Source: Lachnospiraceae bacterium
GTDB lineage: Bacteria > Bacillota > Clostridia > Lachnospirales > Lachnospiraceae
Assembly: GCA_016287095.1 (NCBI GenBank)
Contig: JAEEVK010000007.1
Location: 274 to 64,273 of the forward strand
DNA length: 64,000 bases
Reading direction: 5' to 3'
In this document: one piece after another, positions 56,708 through 64,000 of the stretch
Layout: every line of letters begins with the position of its first letter
Numbering within the stretch: the stretch's first letter is position 1
Position numbers and translations under genes: made by a program
The notes under the pieces: generated by a model
Seen by the model: only the letters and a program-made list of their open reading frames with translations
Told to the model about the DNA's origin: nothing
Databases searched by the model: none

Positions 56708-57256
56708 ATGATTGAAAATCTTGTAACCAGATTTTGTTCACCTACTCTGGCAGGACTTAAAACCGGAAGTCTGTTTACGGTAAGAGGCAGGAAAAAAGAG
56801 GAGCTAACAGAAGATTTAAGAAAACTGAATCGAGTTCTTACGCATAAAGGTCTAAGGGCACTGCTGTTTACTGCAAAATGCGGAAACAATCTTGTTTACA
56901 TATATAGGCCTAAACTGTTGAAACGTGATCTTTCATGCTCAGAGGCAGAGAGCATATTAAAAAATAAAGGATATTCTGCTTTGAACAGTACTGAAAGATG
57001 TATAGTTCAATTGGCAAAGCATATATCCAATGATACTGATTTTCCACATGAGATTGGTCTGTTCTTAGGATATCCGCCTACTGATGTTAAGTGCTTTATG
57101 GAAAACTCGCGGGAAGGAGTAAAGTGCTCAGGATGCTGGAAGGCCTATGGGAACAAAGAAGAGGCAGAGAAAATATTTGCTTTATATAGAAAATGTACAA
57201 ATATATATTGCAGGAAGATAAGAGAAGGTGTCAGACTGGAAAAACTTATAGTTTAA
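56708..57256 (+). CDS. conserved hypothetical protein (DUF3793-like, as far as I recall that family)
   Basis: N-terminal CSPTLAGLKTGSLF and central FPHEIGLFLGYPPTDV pattern. Gene pair with flavodoxin. Confidence 0.65.
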   Translation: MIENLVTRFCSPTLAGLKTGSLFTVRGRKKEELTEDLRKLNRVLTHKGLRALLFTAKCGNNLVYIYRPKLLKRDLSCSEAESILKNKGYSALNSTERCIVQLAKHISNDTDFPHEIGLFLGYPPTDVKCFMENSREGVKCSGCWKAYGNKEEAEKIFALYRKCTNIYCRKIREGVRLEKLIV

Positions 57257-57287
57257 AAAATAATAAAAATAGAAAGGATCAAGAAAA

Positions 57288-57710
57288 ATGAGTAAAGTAG
57301 CAGTAGTATATTGGAGCCAGACAGGAAACACAAAACTTATGGCTGAGGCAGTTGAGAATGGAGCATCGGGAAAGGGTGCAGAAACAGCTATTTTTGAAGC
57401 TAATGACTTCTCAGCATCAAAAGCAGCAGAGTTTGATGGTATAGCTTTTGGTTGTCCTGCAATGGGTGCAGAGGAGCTTGAGGATACAGAGTTTGAGCCT
57501 ATGTTTGCAGCAGTTGAAGGATCACTTGCAGGAAAGAAGGTAGCGCTTTTTGGTTCATATGGCTGGGGTGACGGTCAGTGGATGAGAGACTGGGAAGACA
57601 GATGCAAAAACAATGGTATAACTCTTTGTACGGAGAGTGTAACAGCCAACGAAGCACCTGATGATGCAGCAACGGCAGCATGCAAGGCATTAGGAGAGGC
57701 ATTAGCATAA
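57288..57710 (+). CDS. short-chain flavodoxin
   Basis: VVYWSQTGNTKLMAEAV FMN phosphate loop, GSYGWGDG. Confidence 0.9.
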   Translation: MSKVAVVYWSQTGNTKLMAEAVENGASGKGAETAIFEANDFSASKAAEFDGIAFGCPAMGAEELEDTEFEPMFAAVEGSLAGKKVALFGSYGWGDGQWMRDWEDRCKNNGITLCTESVTANEAPDDAATAACKALGEALA

Positions 57711-57759
57711 ATAAATGATTGACAATTTCTAACTTTGGGTGAACGATACAAAAAAGGTG

Positions 57760-57806
57760 CTGTAATCTTTTATGAGTAATTCAAGAAGATTACAGTTCCT
57801 TTTTTG
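57760..57806 (+). terminator. intrinsic terminator after flavodoxin
   Basis: ctgtaatctt / aagattacag stem then ttccTTTTTT. Confidence 0.75.
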
Positions 57807-57898
57807 AAAAACTATAATATCCTAAGATGGATGCATTACATGTTAAAAATATTTTTTGTTGGTTACTCTAGTCTTCTCCTTTGATAATAGACTTCGAA

Positions 57899-57945
57899 CT
57901 GAAACCCCTTGATGCAAAAATATGTCAAGGGGTTTCGGTGTTTTG
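57899..57945 (+). terminator. orphan terminator-like hairpin with no annotated gene upstream
   Basis: gaaaccccttga / tcaaggggtttc (12 bp perfect, extendable) followed by ggtgTTTT. Confidence 0.6.
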
Positions 57946-57977
57946 TATACATTTTTATATAAGTGAATAAAAAATAC

Positions 57978-58006
57978 TTGACAAAATATATTTTATCAAA
58001 TATAAT
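57978..58006 (+). promoter_or_regulatory. consensus promoter of gpx-marR with a 22-bp palindrome covering the -35 and spacer
   Basis: TTGACA 57978..57983, 17-nt spacer, TATAAT 58001..58006. ttgacaaaatatattttatcaa is palindromic except for one position. Confidence 0.7.
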
Positions 58007-58038
58007 ATGATAAAATATAAAATTGGAGGTACATGATT

Positions 58039-58581
58039 ATGAGTTTTTATGATTTAAGCGTAACGGCAGCAAACGGTATTGAAGTTTCTATGAAAGATTA
58101 TGCGGGCAAGGTGGTTTTAGTAGTCAATACTGCCACCGGCTGTGGGTTTACACCTCATTACAAGGATATTGAGGCTATGTATGAAAAGTTTCATGACAGA
58201 GGATTTGAAGTAATCGATGTTCCCTGCAACCAGTTTGCAGGTCAGACTCCCGGTACAGATGATGAGATACATGAGTTCTGTACATTAAAGTATCATACAC
58301 AGTTTCCTCAGATGAAAAAGTCTGATGTTAATGGCGAGACGGCTATTCCACTGTTTAAATACCTTAAATCACAGAAAGGTTTCGAGGGTTTCGGCAAGGG
58401 ACCTAAAGCTTTAGCCATGAGCGCTCTGCTCTCTAAAATGGATAAAGATTACAAAAACAATTCAGAGATCAAATGGAATTTTACCAAGTTTGTTATAGAC
58501 AGGGAAGGTAATGTGGTAGCACGTTTCGAACCGACTGCTAAGATGGATAAAGTTGCTGAATTTGTTGAAAGCCTTTTATAA
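58039..58581 (+). CDS. glutathione peroxidase-family thiol peroxidase (Cys type)
   Basis: VVNTATGCGFTPHY, FPCNQF-like VPCNQFAGQ, WNFTKF. The second ATG (58039) is better spaced from ggagg than 58033. Confidence 0.88.
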   Translation: MSFYDLSVTAANGIEVSMKDYAGKVVLVVNTATGCGFTPHYKDIEAMYEKFHDRGFEVIDVPCNQFAGQTPGTDDEIHEFCTLKYHTQFPQMKKSDVNGETAIPLFKYLKSQKGFEGFGKGPKALAMSALLSKMDKDYKNNSEIKWNFTKFVIDREGNVVARFEPTAKMDKVAEFVESLL

Positions 58582-58611
58582 AATTATATTTTCTATAGTA
58601 GGGTAGATCAA

Positions 58612-59043
58612 ATGAGTGATACTTACGAGCAGTTAAAACTGAAAAACCAATTATGTTTTCCTTTGTATGCATGTTCCAGAAAGATTGTTAATGCTTATAC
58701 TCCATACCTCAAGCCGCTGGGACTCACATATACTCAGTATCTTGTTTTTATGGTACTTTGGGAAAAGAAGGAAGCTACTGTCGGAGAACTTGGCAGCACG
58801 CTTTATCTGGATGCCGGTACACTGAGTCCTTTGTTAAAGAAACTTGAAATAGAAGGACTGATAGCCAGAACTCATCCTGAAAATGATGAGCGGGTAACCA
58901 GCGTTAAGCTTACAGCTAAAGGAGAAGAACTAAAAGAAGCATGTAAGGACATACCGTTCAATGTAGCCTCTGTGGTTGGATCTTTTGATAAGAAAGAAAT
59001 CGAGCAGCTCTATGGACTGCTTTATAAAATTCTTGATCAATAA
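58612..59043 (+). CDS. MarR-family regulator (OhrR-like)
   Basis: LCFPLYACSR (N-terminal reactive-Cys context), winged helix LTYTQYLVFMVLWE...VGELGSTLYLDAGTLSPLLKKLE. Confidence 0.85.
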   Translation: MSDTYEQLKLKNQLCFPLYACSRKIVNAYTPYLKPLGLTYTQYLVFMVLWEKKEATVGELGSTLYLDAGTLSPLLKKLEIEGLIARTHPENDERVTSVKLTAKGEELKEACKDIPFNVASVVGSFDKKEIEQLYGLLYKILDQ

Positions 59044-59126
59044 GCTTATTGACTATTCGTTATTTCAATGATATTATTATATAGTAAGCATTGACTAACT
59101 ATCACGATAATATTTATTGGAGATAT

Positions 59127-60107
59127 ATGAGAAAGTATTTAGATAATAAAAGTCTTTACGACTTTATGAACGGAAAGACACCGGCATTGAAAGAGATTGG
59201 AACTGCGGATATTTCAAGTCAGAAATCCGACAGTGATATCGTTTATTATAGTTGGGATCTTGAATTTGATGCTGATACAGATGCAAAAAAAGAAAACAAT
59301 TCAGGTGTTGACGAAGTACAGATAATCTTTAACCTCAATCAGGATATTGAGTGGATGGTAGGAGAAAATGAGACCGATGAAAAATACCAGATCGTATCCA
59401 TGAAAAAAGGTGATGTATGTATTTACCGAAACGACAATATCGGTACTTCGATGAAATACAAGAAAGGTGTAAACTTTAAGTTCAAAAGTTTACAGATGCA
59501 TACAAAAAGGTTTAAAGAACTGCTAAAAACCCACTTCCCTGAAAATGATATCATAAACATCGAGAAAATTGTTTATGACAGTGTGCAGATGACACGGATT
59601 ACTCCGGAAATGTACAGAATATTATCCGAACTGGACAGCGCTGACAGATATAAGGAATTTAAGGGTGTTTTCCTGGATGCTAAAATGACTGAGCTGACCG
59701 CACTGGTTCTTTTTGAGATAGTTCATAACAGAGAAGAATCAAACAATTATGTTTCTTTAAGAAATAACAGTGACTCATATGCGGTAGAAAAACTGAGGGA
59801 AGATATTCAGCTCTCACCTTTTGAGGATTACGATGCAGAAAGTATTGCAAATAAATTATCCATGAGCGTCAGTAAGCTGAACAGAATATTTCGTGAGCTA
59901 TATGGGACTTCACTTCACTCTTATGTTCAGGAAATGCGTTTGGAACACGCTGCAGAATTGTTGTTAAAAGAGAATATAAATGTTACTGAGGTAGCATTAA
60001 GCTCCGGTTACAACAACATGAGTTATTTTTCAAAAGCCTTTAAAGGAAGGTTTGGAGTAACACCCAAAAAGTTTTCTGAGCGAAAAGTGTTAAAAAATGA
60101 TTTATAA
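59127..60107 (+). CDS. AraC-family transcriptional regulator
   Basis: C-terminal double HTH (IANKLSMSVSKLNRIFRELYG...VALSSGYNNMSYFSKAFKGRFGVTP). ATG 59127 after ggaga. Confidence 0.85.
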   Translation: MRKYLDNKSLYDFMNGKTPALKEIGTADISSQKSDSDIVYYSWDLEFDADTDAKKENNSGVDEVQIIFNLNQDIEWMVGENETDEKYQIVSMKKGDVCIYRNDNIGTSMKYKKGVNFKFKSLQMHTKRFKELLKTHFPENDIINIEKIVYDSVQMTRITPEMYRILSELDSADRYKEFKGVFLDAKMTELTALVLFEIVHNREESNNYVSLRNNSDSYAVEKLREDIQLSPFEDYDAESIANKLSMSVSKLNRIFRELYGTSLHSYVQEMRLEHAAELLLKENINVTEVALSSGYNNMSYFSKAFKGRFGVTPKKFSERKVLKNDL

Positions 60108-60140
60108 ATGGTAGAATTTAATAAAGCTTTAATGTATAAT

Positions 60141-60170
60141 CCGTGTGGTTAGCAATAGGTAACCACACGG
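60141..60170. promoter_or_regulatory. 11-bp-stem palindrome containing a GTTAG-N6-gTAAC box (operator and/or AraC-gene terminator)
   Basis: ccgtgtggtta-gcaatagg-taaccacacgg, immediately after TATAAT (60135..60140) and followed by attaaaTTTTTT. Confidence 0.6.
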
Positions 60171-60197
60171 ATTAAATTTTTTAGAAAGGAAAAAGCA

Positions 60198-61943
60198 ATG
60201 TTTAAAAAAGTGGCCCCATACATAGGGGAAAACAAAAAGTACACAATTGCTGCCGTAATACTGATGTCGATCGGTATTATTGCAAATGTTGTGCCGTACT
60301 TCTTTCTTTATCAGATTATTGCCCCTCTTATAAGGGGAGAAAGCATTGACACCGGGTTTATTCTGGTACGTGTTATAGCGGTTGCGTTATGCGAGATCAT
60401 TTTTGCTGTATTGTATACACAAGGCCTCGTATACTCTCATGTAAGTGCATATAATACGCTCAAGAATCTGCGTGTTTCGCTCCAGAGGAAACTTGAAAAG
60501 CAGCCACTTGGAAATATCAAGGAAATAGGGACCGGACGTATCAAAAAGGTTTTTACTGATGATATAGATCAGGTTGAACTTCTTCTGGCACATGCTATAC
60601 CGGAAGGCATTGCGAATATTGCCATACCGATAATCATAGTTGTTCTGATGTTTGTTGCAAGCTGGAAAGTAGCTTTACTCTCTCTCGTTCCTATGGTGTT
60701 AGGTATGTTTGCGATGAGCCGTATGATGAAATCCGGTATGTCAAAGATGAATGCATACTATGAGTCAGCAGCCAGGATGAACAACACCATTATTGAGTAT
60801 GTAAATGGTATGGAAGTTGTGAAAGTTTTTAATAAGGACGGTGACTCGTATAAACGCTTTGGCGATGTAGTTAAAAGTTATCGGGACTTCACCTTAGACT
60901 GGTATAGAGTTTGCTGGCCCTGGATGGCCATATACGCCAGCGTTCTTCCGTGCCTTGTATTATTAATGGTTCCTATAGGTTCACTTTTTGTTATCGGTGA
61001 AAGCGTAGCATTGGAAAAACTGGTACTTGTTTTCTGTATGTCTTTTGCTGTTGGTCCTTCAATATTAAAAGCACTTAATTTTGCCGGTAAATTTCCTCAA
61101 CTCAACTACAAGATAGATGAACTTGAAAAAATGATGGATCACGCTCCTCTTAAGGAAGGAAAGTCCGGATTTACAGGTACAAATAATGATGTGAGTTTTA
61201 CGGATGTACATTTCGGATATGCAGAAAAGGAGGTTCTTCATGGAATCAGCTTAAATCTAAAGCAGGGGACTACAACCGCGCTTGTAGGCGAATCCGGAAG
61301 TGGTAAATCAACTTTGGCTAGGCTTCTTGTACATTACTATGACATAGAGCAGGGGTCTATAAAAATAGGTGGTCAGGATATCACAGACATGTCTCTTGAA
61401 GCTCTGAACGACCAAGTGGCGTATGTATCACAGGAGCAGTTCCTGTTTAATACCTCTCTCTATGAAAATATCCTGATAGGAAATCCTAATGCCGGCAGAG
61501 AACAGGTGCTTGACGCAGCACATCGTGCACAATGTGATGAGTTCCTGGAAAGGCTGCCTAAAGGTATTGACACCAAAGCAGGTGATGGAGGTAAACAACT
61601 CTCCGGCGGTGAAAGACAGAGAATATCACTTGCCAGGGCAATACTTAAAAATGCTCCCATCATAGTCCTGGATGAAGCTACTGCTTTTATGGATCCGGAA
61701 AATGAGGAGAAAATGAATGCAGCTATCGACGAGATCATAAAGGATAAAACAGTACTTGTTATAGCTCACAGACTCTCTACCATAAAAAACGCAGACAAAA
61801 TATGTGTTATTAAAGATGGTAATTGTATAGCAGCCGATACTCATGACAATCTGCTTGAAAGCTGTGCTGAATACAGAAAGCTCTGGGAGGCGTCGGTAAG
61901 TGCAAGCACATGGAGGATCAAGGAAGGAGGACCTGCAGCATGA
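60198..61943 (+). CDS. ABC transporter, fused permease/ATPase (exporter fold), heterodimer partner 1
   Basis: 6-TM N-domain. GESGSGKSTL, LSGGERQR, IVLDEATAFMD. Confidence 0.9.
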   Translation: MFKKVAPYIGENKKYTIAAVILMSIGIIANVVPYFFLYQIIAPLIRGESIDTGFILVRVIAVALCEIIFAVLYTQGLVYSHVSAYNTLKNLRVSLQRKLEKQPLGNIKEIGTGRIKKVFTDDIDQVELLLAHAIPEGIANIAIPIIIVVLMFVASWKVALLSLVPMVLGMFAMSRMMKSGMSKMNAYYESAARMNNTIIEYVNGMEVVKVFNKDGDSYKRFGDVVKSYRDFTLDWYRVCWPWMAIYASVLPCLVLLMVPIGSLFVIGESVALEKLVLVFCMSFAVGPSILKALNFAGKFPQLNYKIDELEKMMDHAPLKEGKSGFTGTNNDVSFTDVHFGYAEKEVLHGISLNLKQGTTTALVGESGSGKSTLARLLVHYYDIEQGSIKIGGQDITDMSLEALNDQVAYVSQEQFLFNTSLYENILIGNPNAGREQVLDAAHRAQCDEFLERLPKGIDTKAGDGGKQLSGGERQRISLARAILKNAPIIVLDEATAFMDPENEEKMNAAIDEIIKDKTVLVIAHRLSTIKNADKICVIKDGNCIAADTHDNLLESCAEYRKLWEASVSASTWRIKEGGPAA

Positions 61944-63667
61944 TCAAAATATTGCATAGACTTATAAGCATAACAGGAAAATATAAAGGCAGAATCCGTG
62001 CTTCCTATGTAACGGCATTTATAAAAGGGATAATGATGAAGGTCCCTCTGATACTCTGCTTCCTTACCATAAGCTTTTTTATGAATGGCACTATGGATAA
62101 AAGTAAATGCCTGTATATGGGCATAGCTATGGTTGCAAGTGTTATATTGGAGGCTGTTTTCGAACACATCACAAATGTATTGCAGTCTGCAACCGGATAT
62201 ATGGTATTTGCTGATATGAGACTCCGATTGGGAGACCATCTTCGTAAGCTTCCCATGGGATATTTTACAGAAGGTAATATTGGAAAGATAAATTCTGTAC
62301 TTGCCACCGATATGGTATTTATTGAAGAGAATTGTATGGGTGTTCTTTCAGAACTTGTAACCTTTATGATCTCCCAAGGTCTTATGGTCGTAATGATGTT
62401 CGTCATGGACTTTAGGATAGGATTGCTATCACTTCTTGTAGTTGCAGTATTTATTATAATAGGCAATCTGATGCTTAAAAATACTCTAATGCATTCAGTA
62501 AACAAACAGGAATACAGTGAAGCTTTAACAGAAGAAGTTCTTGATTTTGCAGAGGGTATAGGAATTATTAAATCATACAATATGCTGGGCGAGAAATCAA
62601 AGAAGCTTACGGATGAGTTTGAAAAAAGCTGTAAGGAAAGTATAGCTTTTGAAAAGGATTATACTCCATGGTCAAGGGCACTTAATCTAACATTCGGTAT
62701 AGGTACTTCACTGGTACTTGCCGTATCGGCTTATCTTTATAATTCCGGTTCCATTACAGCAGAATACATGGTAGGTATGGCTTTGTTCCTGTTTGATGTT
62801 TTTGTTTCTATAAAGGCATATTACAGCCAGATGGCCAGACTTACTGTTACTTCTGCAAGCTTGGACAGGATAGAGGAAGTATTTAAAGCAAGAGAACTTG
62901 AGGACAGAGGTAATGATTCTATTGCTTCTGCAGCAAACAATGATATACCTGAAATAGAGTATGACAATGTAACATTCGGTTATACCGAAAAGGATGTTTT
63001 AAAAAATGTTTCTTTTAAGGTGAACAAAAATGAAATGCTGGCACTTGTCGGTCCTTCCGGAGGAGGAAAATCTACTATAGCATCCCTTCTTGCCAGATTC
63101 TGGGATGTCAGATCCGGTTCTATAAAAATATGCGGAAAGAATATAAAAGATGTTTCCATCGGAAATCTGATGGACCGGATAAGTATGGTATTCCAGAGAG
63201 TATATCTATTCCAGGATACGGTATATAACAATATTGCTATGGCGAGACCGGATGCTACCAGGGAAGAAGTCGAAGCAGCAGCTAAGAAAGCCAGATGTTA
63301 CGACTTTATCATGCAATTACCGGACGGATTTGATACCGTGATAGGCGAAGGCGGTGCATCACTTTCCGGTGGCGAGCAGCAGAGAATCTCTATAGCCAGA
63401 TGCATATTAAAGGATGCCCCGATCGTAATACTTGATGAAGCTACCGCAAGTGTTGATGCCGATAATGAAAGAGCCATCCAGGAAGCTATATCTGAGTTGT
63501 GTAAAGACAAAACTTTAATGGTTATAGCCCACAGATTGAAAACCATAAAGGACGCCGATAAGATACTTGTGATCTCCGACGGCCGGATAAAGGAAGAAGG
63601 AAACCATACGGATCTTATGGAAAAGAATGGAACTTATGCCCATATGGTAAAACTTCAAAGTGCATAA
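61940..63667 (+). CDS. ABC transporter, fused permease/ATPase (exporter fold), heterodimer partner 2
   Basis: ATGA overlap with partner 1. GPSGGGKST, LSGGEQQR, VILDEATASVD. Confidence 0.9.
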   Translation: MIKILHRLISITGKYKGRIRASYVTAFIKGIMMKVPLILCFLTISFFMNGTMDKSKCLYMGIAMVASVILEAVFEHITNVLQSATGYMVFADMRLRLGDHLRKLPMGYFTEGNIGKINSVLATDMVFIEENCMGVLSELVTFMISQGLMVVMMFVMDFRIGLLSLLVVAVFIIIGNLMLKNTLMHSVNKQEYSEALTEEVLDFAEGIGIIKSYNMLGEKSKKLTDEFEKSCKESIAFEKDYTPWSRALNLTFGIGTSLVLAVSAYLYNSGSITAEYMVGMALFLFDVFVSIKAYYSQMARLTVTSASLDRIEEVFKARELEDRGNDSIASAANNDIPEIEYDNVTFGYTEKDVLKNVSFKVNKNEMLALVGPSGGGKSTIASLLARFWDVRSGSIKICGKNIKDVSIGNLMDRISMVFQRVYLFQDTVYNNIAMARPDATREEVEAAAKKARCYDFIMQLPDGFDTVIGEGGASLSGGEQQRISIARCILKDAPIVILDEATASVDADNERAIQEAISELCKDKTLMVIAHRLKTIKDADKILVISDGRIKEEGNHTDLMEKNGTYAHMVKLQSA

Positions 63668-63716
63668 AAAGTAAACGGCCTGTGTACAGGGGATATAATA
63701 TAATTTGCAATATTTT

Positions 63717-63756
63717 ATCCATATCTGTAACAAAAATACAGATGTGGATATTTTTA
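63717..63756 (+). terminator. intrinsic terminator
   Basis: atccatatctgta / tacagatgtggat (one G-U) then aTTTTTa. Confidence 0.7.
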
Positions 63757-63812
63757 TGTGTTTTCTTTGCGATACTTATATGGTATACTGAAAGTACTGG
63801 AGGAAATATAAG

Positions 63813-64000
63813 ATGAAACTTGTTTTTGCATCTGACTCTTTTAAAGGGTCGTTAACAAGCATGGATACTATAGAATTGCTTATGCAGTCAGCAAAGGAAG
63901 TCTTTGGGGAGGTTGAGGGTGTAGGTATACCTGTGGCAGATGGTGGTGAAGGAACTGTAGAGGCACTGATCAGGGCGACCGGTGGAAGTAAGATATTTGC
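63813..64000 (+). CDS. glycerate kinase, N-terminal part (runs off window)
   Basis: My own translation: MKLVFASDSFKGSLTSMDTIELL...IPVADGGEGTVEAL. RBS ggagga 8 nt upstream. Not in the supplied ORF track because there is no stop in the window. Confidence 0.8.
   Translation, partial: MKLVFASDSFKGSLTSMDTIELLMQSAKEVFGEVEGVGIPVADGGEGTVEALIRATGGSKIF

Overview
This is a 64-kb chromosomal segment from a low-GC Firmicute. Protein signatures, GGAGG-type RBSs and TTGACA-17-TATAAT promoters suggest Clostridia, possibly Lachnospiraceae (inference only). About 51 genes are supportable. In order they are: trpEGDCF followed by pheA (no trpBA in view); a Bce-type peptide-antibiotic sensing/detox module (RR-HK-ABC-FtsX permease); a co-directional pyrG-purF-carA-carB block behind a leader terminator; dapL; an FAD oxidoreductase-TetR operon; and a two-component system next to a 1418-aa secreted FG-GAP/Fn3/collagen-like protein, then glmS. 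A ~30-kb metal-homeostasis supercluster follows. It holds a DtxR-family repressor, feoA-feoA-feoB, a Cys-rich/HMA fusion, a Zur-controlled znu locus, a second DtxR-family regulator with a small protein and an atypical P1B ATPase, a ZinT-like/Fn3 secreted protein and a ZIP transporter. After that come TetR with a MacB-type ABC, an MFS(GPH)-GH36/glycosyltransferase fusion-hypothetical operon, a decayed aldo-keto reductase, DUF3793-flavodoxin, gpx-marR, and AraC with an exporter-fold ABC heterodimer. The 5' end of a glycerate kinase gene closes the window. I saw no rRNA, tRNA, CRISPR array, transposase, integrase, phage block or recognisable defence genes, so I do not claim a novel defence or mobile system. 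The best candidates for undescribed biology are: (1) a recurrent GTTAG-N6-CTAAC palindrome at about 12 sites that ties the metal genes, including several uncharacterised ones, into one candidate regulon with DtxR-type half-sites but an expanded spacer; (2) the GH36-GT-B fusion operon; (3) an in-frame double-hairpin palindromic insertion inside purF; (4) a 246-bp imperfect palindrome between carB and dapL; (5) a 10-bp-phased CATAAAT array; and (6) the TCS-linked giant FG-GAP/collagen-like protein. All coordinates and motifs were read by eye from the sequence, and no database search was possible.
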